In this document: piece after piece, positions 39,607-49,931 of the stretch
Layout of the letters: the number at the start of each line of letters is the position of its first letter
How positions within the stretch are numbered: position 1 is the first letter of the stretch
Assembly: GCA_051531975.1 (NCBI GenBank)
Contig: JAOPTT010000004.1
Span: 160,001 to 224,000 of the forward strand
Reading direction: 5' to 3'
From: Spirochaetaceae bacterium
GTDB taxonomy: Bacteria; Spirochaetota; Spirochaetia; DSM-2461
DNA: 64,000 nt
Position numbers and translations under genes: made by a program
Notes under the pieces: generated by a model
What the model was told of the DNA's origin: nothing
What the model saw: only the letters and a program-made list of their open reading frames with translations
The model's database searches: none

Positions 39607-40377
39607 ATGAAAAGAGAGTTAAGTTTTTCCGGAACATTTTATCCAGGAAGTGAAAAAGAGATTAAGAAGTTTATAGAAAACAACAGAGAACCCATAACAA
39701 AAGAGAACAACCTTAAAGGTTTGATTCTACCCCATGCTGGCTGGATATATTCTGGGGTCACAGCACTTAAGGGGTACAGCTTTTCACCTAATGAAAATAT
39801 CGATGATATCCTATTAATTGGCCCCTCCCATAGGGTCCCATTTAAGGGAGTAGCTAGTTCCACATTTAAAGCCTATAAAACCCTAACCGGGGAGATAAGC
39901 ATAAATGAATCTTTAATAAAAGAGTTAGAAGAGATAATAGAATTGGAAGTTTTAGACCAGGCACATAATTACGAACACAGTTTAGAGGTTCAGCTTGAGT
40001 TCATTAAAGAGTTCTATCCTAATGCAAACATTGTACCGCTTGTTGTTGGCTCCAATGCCCAGAAAAAAGTAGAAAAAATACTAAACATTACCCTAAACAG
40101 ACCAAATACCCTAACAATCTTGAGCAGTGACCTATCCCACTATCTCTCCTACTCTGAAGCAATAACTAGGGATAGGGAAACCATAAAAAAAATAGAGGAT
40201 TTTAGTAAAATTATTGGGGAAGATGCATGTGGCGCGATATTAATAAACGCTTTTACATCATTAAATAAAAACAAAGATTTTATAGTTAAACTTTTTGATT
40301 ATAGAAACTCTGGAGATACTGCCGGGGATAAAAAAGCTGTTGTAGGATACGCAGCTATGGGTATATATCATGGATAA
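39607..40377 (+). CDS. amrB: AmmeMemoRadiSam system protein B (MEMO1 family)
   Basis: SGTFYP, PHAGWIYSG, GPSH, EHSLEVQL, SSDLSHY, ACG, NSGD...VVGY. Confidence 0.93.
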   Translation: MKRELSFSGTFYPGSEKEIKKFIENNREPITKENNLKGLILPHAGWIYSGVTALKGYSFSPNENIDDILLIGPSHRVPFKGVASSTFKAYKTLTGEISINESLIKELEEIIELEVLDQAHNYEHSLEVQLEFIKEFYPNANIVPLVVGSNAQKKVEKILNITLNRPNTLTILSSDLSHYLSYSEAITRDRETIKKIEDFSKIIGEDACGAILINAFTSLNKNKDFIVKLFDYRNSGDTAGDKKAVVGYAAMGIYHG

Positions 40378-40900
40378 AGAGTTATTAAATATTGCAAGAA
40401 ACAAATTAGAGAGACATTTTGGTTTAACTACAGATACTTTAAATATAAAAGATGAGTGGAGAAGTCCTGGAGCAACATTTGTGACCCTTACAGAAAATGG
40501 TAATCTTAGAGGATGTATAGGTTCTATGGAAGCTGTTAGGCCGTTAATAGAGGATTTGGAATCCAATGCCATTGCTGCAGCCCTAAGAGATCCTAGATTC
40601 CCACCACTTAAAAAAGATGAATTAAAGTCTATCAAAATAGAGATCTCCCTGCTCTCGGAGTTAAAAGAAGTTGAGTTTACAACACAAGAGGATATATTAA
40701 CTTTTATAAAGCCATTTGAAATGGGACTGTTATTGGAGTTTGGGCTTTATAGGGGAACCTTTTTGCCCCAGGTTTGGCAGTACTACCCAAAACCAGAGGA
40801 GTTTTTTAAGCATCTGAAAATGAAAGCTGGACTAGATGAAGATTTTTTTGAGCAGGATATGAAGCTCTATTACTACGAAGTGGAAAAATGTCTGGAATAG
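40370..40900 (+). CDS. amrA: AmmeMemoRadiSam system protein A (AMMECR1 family)
   Basis: ATFVTL...LRGCIGS, DPRFPP, EISLLS, TFLPQVW, LKMKAG. Confidence 0.93.
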   Translation: MDKELLNIARNKLERHFGLTTDTLNIKDEWRSPGATFVTLTENGNLRGCIGSMEAVRPLIEDLESNAIAAALRDPRFPPLKKDELKSIKIEISLLSELKEVEFTTQEDILTFIKPFEMGLLLEFGLYRGTFLPQVWQYYPKPEEFFKHLKMKAGLDEDFFEQDMKLYYYEVEKCLE

Positions 40901-41820
40901 GTTGTAACTTATGTCCCCATAATTGCCCAGGGTCTAAAGGATTTTGTGGAGACCGAAGGGCAAACCTTGGATTATTCTCCGCTGTTAACATGGACCCTGT
41001 AGAGAAAAAGCCTCTATATCATATCTATCCAGGTAGCCAAACTCTCTCCCTTGGTGGGGTAGGCTGTAACCTTAAGTGTCCCTGGTGTCAAAACTGGCAG
41101 ATAAGTAAGGAGTTTAAAAACTGTTCAACATATAAAATCTCTACCAGTGAGCTTATACAAATGGCAAAAGAGAGAGGTGTTAATAGTGTAACCTTTACAT
41201 ATAATGAACCATCAATACACTACGAATATGTAACTGAAGCTTCTAGACTTCTAAAAGCAGAGGGAATAGATACTCTACTGGTTTCCAACGGTTATATTTC
41301 AGAAGAATATCTGGAAGGTCTATACTCTAATATTAAAGCAGTAAATATAGATCTTAAATCTTTTAATAAGGATATATATAAAAAAACAATTGGTGGGGAT
41401 CTGGAAACAGTTTTAAATACCTTAAAGTATGTTAATAGTAGTAATACATGGTTGGAGATTACAACACTCTTAGTCCCTGGAATAAATGACTCCACAGATG
41501 AGATAAAGAATATGGTTAACTGGATTTTAAAAGAGTTAGGTGATAGTGTCCCTCTTCATCTATCTGCATTTTATCCAAACTATAACTATAAAGGAAGGAC
41601 ACCTACCAAAGAAGACTATGTATTGGAAATGGTCAGACTTGCCAGAGAGGCTGGTCTGTTATATGTCTACCCAGGAAATATTATGGCAGGAGATAGCTCT
41701 ACATACTGCCCATCCTGTAATTTTAGGGTTATTAAAAGAGAGGGGTATAAAACAGAAAGTTACTTAGAAGGAAACAGATGTCCAAATTGTAAAAACATTA
41801 TTCCAGGGATTTTTAAATAA
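40888..41820 (+). CDS. amrS: AmmeMemoRadiSam system radical SAM enzyme
   Basis: CNLCPHNC, DPVEKKPLYH, GCNLKCPWCQNWQIS, TYNEP, C-terminal CPSC/CPNC. Confidence 0.93.
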   Translation: MSGIGCNLCPHNCPGSKGFCGDRRANLGLFSAVNMDPVEKKPLYHIYPGSQTLSLGGVGCNLKCPWCQNWQISKEFKNCSTYKISTSELIQMAKERGVNSVTFTYNEPSIHYEYVTEASRLLKAEGIDTLLVSNGYISEEYLEGLYSNIKAVNIDLKSFNKDIYKKTIGGDLETVLNTLKYVNSSNTWLEITTLLVPGINDSTDEIKNMVNWILKELGDSVPLHLSAFYPNYNYKGRTPTKEDYVLEMVRLAREAGLLYVYPGNIMAGDSSTYCPSCNFRVIKREGYKTESYLEGNRCPNCKNIIPGIFK

Positions 41821-41878
41821 TTTTGTTCAATCATTATTTCTGCACAAATTTATGATTATTGGTGTTATACTTTTTTAT

Positions 41879-42877
41879 ATGGAAAGTAAGACAAAAAACA
41901 ATATAAATTTAGAAGATATTAAAAAGGTTTTCGACTGCTATTTTAAAGGTAGTAATGTAACTGAAATTAAAGAGTTAAAAGATGGATGTTTTAATATGTC
42001 ATACCTTGTTGGTCTAGAAAATGGGGATGAAGTTGTATTAAAAATAGCTCCACCAGATGTTGTTGAATTATTAATATACGAAAAAGATATAATGTTAACA
42101 GAAGTGAAGTATCATAATCTTGTTTCGAAGACAATTGATATACCTGTACCTCAAATAATCTGTTCTGACTTTTCTAAAAATATTATTCCATATAATTATT
42201 TTATTATGCAGAAGTTACATGGGAAACCATTAAACAGATGTGAACCAATAAGTGATAAACAGAGAAAAACTCTTTATTTACAGTTAGCTAAATACTTAGC
42301 TTTAATTCACGATATTAAAGGAGAATATTTTGGATATGAAGTTTTAAAAGAAGACTTTGTTGGTAAAGGTTATTATGAATCTTTTAAAATTATGTTTAAT
42401 TATTTAATAGAAGATGCAGATAAAAAAGATATAAAGTTACCTATTAGTTCAGAAGAACTTTTTGCTTTATTAGACCGATATTCATATACATTCAAAAATA
42501 TAATAGAGCCTGTTTTTGTTCATTATGATCTATGGGATGGAAATATATTTGTTACGGACATGGATAATTCTCCTACAATAGAAGGTCTAATTGATTTTGA
42601 GAGAGGTTATTTTGCAGATCCTGCAGCTGATTTTTCACAGATGGCAGGCTATATCGATCTGGAAAAAAACAGCTATTTTATAGATGAGTATAATAAATAT
42701 GCTAAAAAGAAATTTGAATTGGGGGAAGCCGAATTAATTAGGATACAATTATATAGACTATATGTCTTAACCATCATGGTTGTGGAATCTTATTATAGGG
42801 ATGTTGATGGTAGTTATAATGATCAGCTGAAATGGGCTACTGATGAATTTTTAAAGCTTTATACCTTATTAAACTGA
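41879..42877 (+). CDS. Aminoglycoside phosphotransferase (APH)-like kinase family protein
   Basis: VVLKIAP, HYDLWDGNIF, LIDFER. Start moved to ATG 41879, which lies 7 nt after the extended -10 TG-T-TATACT (41863-41871). Confidence 0.85.
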   Translation: MESKTKNNINLEDIKKVFDCYFKGSNVTEIKELKDGCFNMSYLVGLENGDEVVLKIAPPDVVELLIYEKDIMLTEVKYHNLVSKTIDIPVPQIICSDFSKNIIPYNYFIMQKLHGKPLNRCEPISDKQRKTLYLQLAKYLALIHDIKGEYFGYEVLKEDFVGKGYYESFKIMFNYLIEDADKKDIKLPISSEELFALLDRYSYTFKNIIEPVFVHYDLWDGNIFVTDMDNSPTIEGLIDFERGYFADPAADFSQMAGYIDLEKNSYFIDEYNKYAKKKFELGEAELIRIQLYRLYVLTIMVVESYYRDVDGSYNDQLKWATDEFLKLYTLLN

Positions 42878-43695
42878 TAGATACCCCGGCCTATTACACT
42901 GCTTAGAACTATTATCCCACCAATTAAACTTAGAGTAGATGGTAGTTCTCCAATGAATAGAAAAACCCAAACAGGATTTAGAAGAGGCTCTACCATAGGT
43001 ATTAAAATAGCATCTAAAGCTTTTAGGTGAATTATAGATTTTGAGTAAAATATATATGCTAATCCAATCTGAATTACTCCAAGAAATAGAAGGCTCATAA
43101 TACTACTAGTTCCAAACAGTTCTTGAGTATAAAAAGGTAACCCAACGATACATGTTAAAAGGTTCCCATAAATAATAGCAAAAATAACTTCGTTGTGTTT
43201 TAAAAATTTAGCAGTAATAAAAAAGCCTGCAAAGGATATACTAGTAACTATGGCTATTAAGTTTCCTGCTAACATTCCAGCATTTAGCTTTTCTAGAAAA
43301 AACATCATAAGCCCTATAAACAGTATAATAATACTAATAATATCTGATTTTCTTAGACGTTCTTTTAAAATTACCCAGGATAAAAGTGCAACCCATACAG
43401 GGGCTATGTACTGTATTAAAATCGCATTTGCTGCTGTTGTTAGTTTATTTGAAACAACAAACCCAACTAAAGTGACTGTATAGCAAATTGCAGCTAAAAC
43501 CATATATTTATTTGGTTTAACTAATTTGAAACCGGTGTAAGCCCAGATGAATAGTCCTGCAATTCCTGCCCTGGCACTTGAAATTGCTAAAGGATGACCA
43601 TTTACCATTTTTATAAATAGACCTCCAGTACTCCATAACAAAGCAGTAATTAACATTCCAATTATTGCAGATTTTCTTCCATTTATAAACTTCAT
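42859..43695 (-). CDS. DMT/EamA family transporter
   Basis: About 10 TM segments with two EamA repeats (LWSTGG, ILKER, EPLLNPVWVFLFIGE). Confidence 0.9.
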   Translation of the reverse strand: MKFINGRKSAIIGMLITALLWSTGGLFIKMVNGHPLAISSARAGIAGLFIWAYTGFKLVKPNKYMVLAAICYTVTLVGFVVSNKLTTAANAILIQYIAPVWVALLSWVILKERLRKSDIISIIILFIGLMMFFLEKLNAGMLAGNLIAIVTSISFAGFFITAKFLKHNEVIFAIIYGNLLTCIVGLPFYTQELFGTSSIMSLLFLGVIQIGLAYIFYSKSIIHLKALDAILIPMVEPLLNPVWVFLFIGELPSTLSLIGGIIVLSSVIGRGIYQFNKV

Positions 43696-43764
43696 CTAGT
43701 ACCTCGGAGCTTTATATTAAACTTAAAAGTATAAATTTAAAATATAATTCAAATTAAAATATAT

Positions 43765-43793
43765 TTGGAATTCTTTGCCTTTTACTTTAATAT
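43765..43793 (+). promoter_or_regulatory. Sigma70 promoter, leaderless-type
   Basis: TTGGAA-N17-TAATAT ending 7 nt before ATG 43801. Confidence 0.45.
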
Positions 43794-43800
43794 TTATAAT

Positions 43801-44586
43801 ATGAACAAAAGTATTAAAAACATAATTATATTAGCCATCCTCTTCCTTACATTTAGTTGTATTACAGGGTCTTCTAAAGATAGAGGTAGCTTAAGCGACG
43901 CTATGGATGCAGCAAGAGACGATAGTGATGATAGAACTATACCAGATTTTAAAGATGATGGAGGATGGGAATCAGATGATGAGTTTTGGGGTAATAATCC
44001 CCCAATCGAGGATGACTATGATGAAGCAGTTGGTACATCTTTTGAACCAAACCCTGAGGCCATTATTGTTTTACGAAGTGGACCGTCTATTACAAGTTCA
44101 TCTTATTTTGATTCTCTAATAAATATAGAGGTACTAATTGGTGCAGGGGATGGAAATTTAGAAGTATATTTTTATGGAGGATTTAAATCCTTAGAAGTAA
44201 AAGAGAGTAGTTCTATATACGAAACGATAAAAGAAGATGCGACCATGTTAACTGGAGGAATAGAGAGTAAATATTATCCGTTTAAATACTTAAAGATCTT
44301 TTCACCCTATTTAATAGGCCGTGTTGGTGGAATGTATTTCTTTTGGGATTATCTGAATTCTTTCTATTCAGGAGGAGATTATATCGATAGCGATATATTA
44401 GGTGGAGTTTCTGGGGCAGTTGGTTTAGGTTTAGATTTAATAAGACTGGATACATTTAATTTAGGTATCCAGTGTGTTCCAACCGGATACCTATTTAGTG
44501 GTGAAACCACCCAAGGTTTTACTAACGATTATTTTAGTGAATATGGAGAAGTAACTCTCTCAGTAGAAGCTGGGTATAAATTTTAG
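43801..44586 (+). CDS. Hypothetical lipoprotein with acidic linker and predicted C-terminal outer-membrane beta-barrel
   Basis: MNKSIKNIIILAILFLTFSC lipobox; alternating aromatic/Gly strands (FSPYLIGRVGG); ends VEAGYKF. Confidence 0.65.
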   Translation: MNKSIKNIIILAILFLTFSCITGSSKDRGSLSDAMDAARDDSDDRTIPDFKDDGGWESDDEFWGNNPPIEDDYDEAVGTSFEPNPEAIIVLRSGPSITSSSYFDSLINIEVLIGAGDGNLEVYFYGGFKSLEVKESSSIYETIKEDATMLTGGIESKYYPFKYLKIFSPYLIGRVGGMYFFWDYLNSFYSGGDYIDSDILGGVSGAVGLGLDLIRLDTFNLGIQCVPTGYLFSGETTQGFTNDYFSEYGEVTLSVEAGYKF

Positions 44587-46235
44587 GTTACACTTAAGAT
44601 AATTGCAGCACCAGCTTTAATTACCTGTCCATCATAATCTTTTGTAGTTCCAAATATTAATTTATATTTTTCTGTATCATTAACTTTTAATTTTTTATTA
44701 TCGTTAGAATAATTAATTATAACTTGATAGACTGAAAACTTGAATATTCGTTTAAATATAAGTAGATCATCATCTTCACTATTTATCTCTAGATACTCAC
44801 CATATTGTAATGTTTTATGACCATTTCTAAACTTAATAATACTTTTATAGTAGTTTAATATTGAGTTTTTATCTTTTAATTCATCAGCAACATTTATTCC
44901 ATTTTTATATTCAGGATCTATTGGTAACCAAGTTTTAACTCCCGGTGCAGAGAAGCCTGCATTTACTCTGTTATCCCAAGGCATTGGGGTTCGACACTTA
45001 TCTCTTGTATCTAATTTTGCAATTTCTAATGCCTCATCCGGGGTTTTACCATCTTTTATCGAGCTATAATATAAGTTTACAGATTTTAAATCCATAAAAT
45101 CATCAAGAGATTCAGGAGTATAATCTTTAAGACCAATCTCATCACCATAATATAGATAGGGTGTTCCTTTTAATGTAAGTAGAAGGAATATAGCCTGCTT
45201 TAACGCCTGATGTTCTATATCATTATTCCCATATCTAGACCTAATTCTAGGCTGATCATGGTTACTTAATGTATTGCCTTGATAACACTGTTTTGGATGT
45301 AAGGGTAATCTTTTCCTTTGGTTTTTTATTACAGATATTTTATCAATTCCATCTTGCATGAGTGGGAAGTTAAAAACCATATGTAACTGATCTGTACCAT
45401 CTCCCATATATTCAGGGTAGGATAGTTCTCCAACTAAGAATTTATCTTCGGTATAACTATCTGCCAACAACCTAATTTCTTTTAAAAGTTCAAATAGTTC
45501 TGGTTGTTTGATCTGGTGCCTCATGTAGTGTTCCCAGGCATCATGCTGTAGGAATTCATCATCACTTTCTTTGATAGACTTTGAAAAACCTTCCGGAGTC
45601 ATTCCTTGATTTGTCAGATTCTCATCCTCAAATATAGATGATATTGCGTCAATTCTATAACCATCAACCCCTAAATCTAGCCAGAACCTCATAACATTAA
45701 ACATCGCCTCTTTTAATTCAGGGTTTCTCCAGTTTAGATCCGGCTGTTCCTTTAAAAAAAAGTGGTAATAATATTCGTCTGTTTTTTCATCTAAAGTCCA
45801 TGCTGGTCCTCGAAAGCAACTCTGCCAATCATTGGGAAAGCTTCCACTGTTTTTTTCCCATACATACCAATCCCTTTTAGGGTTATCAATAGAGGATTTT
45901 GATTCGATAAACCATGGATGTTTATCTGATGTATGGTTAAGAACTAAATCTAATATTACTTTTATATCTCTATTATGAGCTTCTTGTAAAAACTCTTTAA
46001 AATCTTCCATAGATCCATATTCACTACCAACACTGGAATAATCCGATATATCGTATCCACAATCTAGAAATGGGGAAGGGTAGTGGGGACTTAACCAGAT
46101 AGCTCCGATACCTAAATCTTTTAAATAGTCTAATTTTGATGTTATTCCTTTTAAATCACCAATCCCGTCTGCATTTGAGTCGGCAAATGATCTTGGATAT
46201 ATCTGATATATTACTCTTTCTTTCCACCATTCCAT
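44583..46235 (-). CDS. GH13 alpha-glucosidase / oligo-1,6-glucosidase
   Basis: WWKERVIYQIYPRSFADSN, DLVLNHTSD, GYRIDAI, VGE, NHD, RTPMPW. Confidence 0.93.
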   Translation of the reverse strand: MEWWKERVIYQIYPRSFADSNADGIGDLKGITSKLDYLKDLGIGAIWLSPHYPSPFLDCGYDISDYSSVGSEYGSMEDFKEFLQEAHNRDIKVILDLVLNHTSDKHPWFIESKSSIDNPKRDWYVWEKNSGSFPNDWQSCFRGPAWTLDEKTDEYYYHFFLKEQPDLNWRNPELKEAMFNVMRFWLDLGVDGYRIDAISSIFEDENLTNQGMTPEGFSKSIKESDDEFLQHDAWEHYMRHQIKQPELFELLKEIRLLADSYTEDKFLVGELSYPEYMGDGTDQLHMVFNFPLMQDGIDKISVIKNQRKRLPLHPKQCYQGNTLSNHDQPRIRSRYGNNDIEHQALKQAIFLLLTLKGTPYLYYGDEIGLKDYTPESLDDFMDLKSVNLYYSSIKDGKTPDEALEIAKLDTRDKCRTPMPWDNRVNAGFSAPGVKTWLPIDPEYKNGINVADELKDKNSILNYYKSIIKFRNGHKTLQYGEYLEINSEDDDLLIFKRIFKFSVYQVIINYSNDNKKLKVNDTEKYKLIFGTTKDYDGQVIKAGAAIILSVT

Positions 46236-46304
46236 ATATTAAATTATTTCCTTTATCTTTAAGTCTTGTTTTGGTATACTAACTTTATTATTTAAAATTG
46301 GCAA

Positions 46305-46318
46305 TGCAAACGGTTGCA
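46305..46318. promoter_or_regulatory. LacI-family operator
   Basis: Near-perfect palindrome TGCAAACGGTTGCA with central CG, 14 nt before the LacI ATG and downstream of the extended -10 TG-G-TATACT (46272-46280). Confidence 0.75.
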
Positions 46319-46332
46319 CAGTAGGTGGATTT

Positions 46333-47367
46333 ATGAGGGTTACGATTAAAGATATAGCTAAAATAGCAGGTGTTAATATGTCCACTGTCTCCAGAGCCCT
46401 AAATAATAATCCTAAAATAAAGTTAGAAACTAGAGATAAAATTAAAAAAATTGCAGTTGAAATGAATTTTGAATTTAATGCTGGAGCCCGAAGTTTAAGT
46501 GGTAAAAAAACTGGAAATATTGGGGTAGTTTATGAGACTCATATTGGTCAGTTAGGCCCATCTTTATATATTAACCAACTGTTTATAGAACTTAGGCATG
46601 TATTAGAGAGAAGTGATCTTGATACTATTGTTTTAGAGGGGTATCACCCAGATACAGGTGTTAGTAATATACGGCGATTAATTAGCCAACAGAAAGTAGA
46701 TGCCTTTATAATTGTTCACGATAAGATAACAGCTGAAGATTACAAAAGTATGCGTAGTGCTAAAATCCCATTTGTACAATTACAACTGCTACCAAGCCAA
46801 ATTGAAAGAGAATATATTGACTATTTCTTTGCTGATAATAAAAAAGGTGGTTATATTGCAACAGAGCATTTAATAAAACAAGGGTGCAAAAAAATATTAA
46901 CAGTACTTCCCCACGATGTTACCTACGAAGAGTATACAAGCAGAACAGTTGGTTATAGGAAAGCTTTGGAAGATAATAACCTTGAATACAATAAGGACTA
47001 TGTTATTCCAGCAGATTTTAGTTTTTCTGTTGGGAATAAGCTATTAAATAGTAACTCCGATCTTATAAAAAGTGCTGATGGTATATTTTTTCAAACTGAT
47101 ATTCAGGCATTTGCATTTTTAACTATAGCAAGAGAAAGAGGGATTAAAATACCTGAAGATTTAAAAATTATCGGTTTTGATGACTCACCAATATGCGAAG
47201 CAATAACTCCCACACTTTCTACTATTCATCAGCCTAAAACAGAACTTGCGGAACTTGCCTGTGATAGAATTATGGAATTAATTAGCAATAAAAAATTAGA
47301 TAGCTTAAATCAGGAAATAGTCTCTCCTACTTTAATAGTTAGGCAGTCTTCAGAGTCTAAACTTTAG
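46333..47367 (+). CDS. LacI family transcriptional regulator
   Basis: TIKDIAKIAGVNMSTVSRALN HTH; IIGFDDS, PTLSTIHQP. Confidence 0.96.
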   Translation: MRVTIKDIAKIAGVNMSTVSRALNNNPKIKLETRDKIKKIAVEMNFEFNAGARSLSGKKTGNIGVVYETHIGQLGPSLYINQLFIELRHVLERSDLDTIVLEGYHPDTGVSNIRRLISQQKVDAFIIVHDKITAEDYKSMRSAKIPFVQLQLLPSQIEREYIDYFFADNKKGGYIATEHLIKQGCKKILTVLPHDVTYEEYTSRTVGYRKALEDNNLEYNKDYVIPADFSFSVGNKLLNSNSDLIKSADGIFFQTDIQAFAFLTIARERGIKIPEDLKIIGFDDSPICEAITPTLSTIHQPKTELAELACDRIMELISNKKLDSLNQEIVSPTLIVRQSSESKL

Positions 47368-49128
47368 TATAAACTTTGCTCCAGTAGTATTAGGAGCATC
47401 ATCTAAAGATACATTTGCTCCAATATTTTCGGACAGTTGTTTTACAAGATATAAACCTAACCCAATTGAACCTTCCCCACCTGTTGGTTTAGCCGATAAT
47501 CTCTGGAATTTTCCAAATAGTAGTTTTTTATCATCCACTGAAAACCCAGGTCCACCATCTTGAATCTCCCATATAGCCCAACTGTTTTTTTCTGAGATGT
47601 TTATATTAATGAATGACTTTTCATAGGAGTATTTAATTGAGTTATCTATTAAATTTTCTAATATCATTTTAATTAAAAAATAGCTATTCACCACAACAGT
47701 ATTCTTGGAATGTATTACATCTATTGTTATATGTTTTTCACGGTACTGATATGCAAAATTTCTAATCAAAATGTTTGTAAGTTCTGGTAGATCTACTTCT
47801 TCTCTGTTTGTGGAGTGTATCCCTTCATCTAATTTCAGAAAAGTCATAATGTTTTCATTAAGTGATTTTAAATTTCTTGCAGCACCATGTATCATTTTAT
47901 ATTCAGTTTTATCATTATCTCCCTGTAGAAGTTCTAGTGTTATATTATATAAAAATGTTAAAGGGGATGCTGAATTATGGCTTAACAGATGAATTAAAGA
48001 GGTTCTAAGCTCTACAAGTTCTTCTTTTTTATGCAATGTTTTATCTAGTTTGTTATTCACATCTTTTAACTCTTTTATCTGCCCTGATATCTTATCTACA
48101 AGAGTATTTAGATTTGTATTTAGTGTCATAAACTCATCGTTATTAGTAGCTATACTTATTTTATTATATTTTCCACCTGCAATATCATTAATATATTTAT
48201 TAGCACTAAGTATATTTTTAATAATGTATCTAGATGTATAAGATCCTGCAATAAGTGCGGAAATTAGTCCTATTGTTAAAAGTAGGTGAATGATAAATTG
48301 CATCTGTTTTGTTTCATCTTCAATTATTGAATTTGGTAGAAGACTAACAATAAACATCTGTAGTTCATCGATATAAATTGTCCTGTAGTAGTATTTTGTA
48401 TTGTTAATATTTATAGTGTTCTCTTTCTGAGGTTTTTTTAAGAATGACTCCCAATCAAAATTAGAGCTATTTTTAGAGAACTCATTGTTAAGTGATACTG
48501 GAATCCCTTCTGAAGATACTACAATTAGTTCCGTGCTTTTTCCTAAAGCCTCTATTTTGAGTAATTTTAAAAAATCTTGTGCAGTTGTATCTATAGATAA
48601 TACACCGGTAAACTTGTTGTTATAATCTTTAATTCCAATTGTAGCTGATACAACTAAATCATTAGAGGTGTATTCATGATAGGGATCTGTCCACTTTATA
48701 GTTTCAGAGTTTTTTCCTGTTATATACCATGGCCTATTTTTTATTTCGTAACCAGCAGGTTTTTCCCAAATTGGGCTAACTATTAATTCATTATCTTCTG
48801 TCCCATAGTAGATCCATGATCTTTCGGGAAATATCTCTATACAGAGATCCCACTGGCCTTGGATACGATTATATGCATCTTGATCTTGAAATACATTATG
48901 AAGCTCTCTGTTTTTTGAGATCGCAATTGTTAGTGCTTCCATATCAGAAATATGTCTTTCTATTACGTCGTGATATACTGTATTTAAAACTGTATTTTGT
49001 TCATTTATAAACCGTTTTTCTATTTTGTTTTTATATATAGTAGAAAATAAAAAGACCATAATTAATAAGGGTAATAATATTAATGAGATGAAAAGAGTTA
49101 GAAACTTTGACTTAATCGAAATAAACAC
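47350..49128 (-). CDS. Sensor histidine kinase with dCache and HAMP domains
   Basis: Two TMs; RPWY...WTDPY dCache; ENLIDNSIKYS, QDGGPGF, GLGLYLV; H-box SHNSASPL; GTG start. Confidence 0.9.
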   Translation of the reverse strand: MFISIKSKFLTLFISLILLPLLIMVFLFSTIYKNKIEKRFINEQNTVLNTVYHDVIERHISDMEALTIAISKNRELHNVFQDQDAYNRIQGQWDLCIEIFPERSWIYYGTEDNELIVSPIWEKPAGYEIKNRPWYITGKNSETIKWTDPYHEYTSNDLVVSATIGIKDYNNKFTGVLSIDTTAQDFLKLLKIEALGKSTELIVVSSEGIPVSLNNEFSKNSSNFDWESFLKKPQKENTININNTKYYYRTIYIDELQMFIVSLLPNSIIEDETKQMQFIIHLLLTIGLISALIAGSYTSRYIIKNILSANKYINDIAGGKYNKISIATNNDEFMTLNTNLNTLVDKISGQIKELKDVNNKLDKTLHKKEELVELRTSLIHLLSHNSASPLTFLYNITLELLQGDNDKTEYKMIHGAARNLKSLNENIMTFLKLDEGIHSTNREEVDLPELTNILIRNFAYQYREKHITIDVIHSKNTVVVNSYFLIKMILENLIDNSIKYSYEKSFININISEKNSWAIWEIQDGGPGFSVDDKKLLFGKFQRLSAKPTGGEGSIGLGLYLVKQLSENIGANVSLDDAPNTTGAKFILKFRL

Positions 49129-49134
49129 TCTTTT

Positions 49135-49163
49135 ATTATGAAGTTCCCCAAATAAAACTTCAA
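49135..49163 (-). promoter_or_regulatory. Sigma70 promoter, leaderless-type, for the histidine kinase
   Basis: TTGAAG-N17-CATAAT ending 6 nt before GTG 49128. Confidence 0.5.
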
Positions 49164-49225
49164 GTTAAAAAAAATATTAATGAATAATTAATGTTATACC
49201 ACTATTATTAATAGTGGATGGCAAG

Positions 49226-49927
49226 ATGAAGAGAAGTATATTAGTCATAGAAGATGATACATACCTAAGGAAATTTATTTGCAGTTCGCTTATTAAAGTC
49301 AACTATAACTGCATAGCTGCAGCTTGTGGTAAAGACGGTATCCAGATGTTAAAAAGTAAATATTTTGATTTAATCATTCTGGACCTAGATTTAGGAGATA
49401 TGAATGGGCAAGAGATACTCTCTTTAATGAGGAAACAGAGTATCGATCTACCGGTTATAATTATTTCTACATTTAATAGTATTAATACTAAAATTGATCT
49501 GTTTGATATTGGATGTGACGATTATATAACTAAACCATTTTATGTTGATGAACTACTTGCTAGAGTTAAGAGACTTATAGAGAGGACCACAAATAAAAGT
49601 CCAGCAAAAAATGAATCTTTAGTTAATGAGATTATACAGTTTGATGGTATGGAACTTAATTTTGAAGATTTAACACTTTCAAAAGATGGTAAAAAAATAG
49701 ATTTAACAAAAAAACTGTTTGATTTATTGGCGTATTTTATTAAAAATGCAAATAGAGTATTAACTAAGGAACAGATAATTTCGAGGTTTTGGAATCAGGC
49801 AGAAAACTTCCCTGAGAATACTTTAACTGTCCATATACATAAACTTCGGTCGTTAATAGAAGATACCCCCTCAAAGCCGAAATATCTTGTAACTAAAAGA
49901 GGGCATGGATATATTTTTAATACATAG
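49226..49927 (+). CDS. OmpR/PhoB family response regulator
   Basis: ILVIEDD, IILDLDL, DDYITKPF, winged helix VHIHKLRS...TKRGHGY. Likely start is ATG 49226. Confidence 0.95.
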   Translation: MKRSILVIEDDTYLRKFICSSLIKVNYNCIAAACGKDGIQMLKSKYFDLIILDLDLGDMNGQEILSLMRKQSIDLPVIIISTFNSINTKIDLFDIGCDDYITKPFYVDELLARVKRLIERTTNKSPAKNESLVNEIIQFDGMELNFEDLTLSKDGKKIDLTKKLFDLLAYFIKNANRVLTKEQIISRFWNQAENFPENTLTVHIHKLRSLIEDTPSKPKYLVTKRGHGYIFNT

Positions 49928-49931
49928 AAGT

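Noticed and set aside
41879..42877. Aminoglycoside resistance gene
   Set aside because: It has the APH-like kinase fold only; the family is mostly non-resistance kinases and there is no mobile context.
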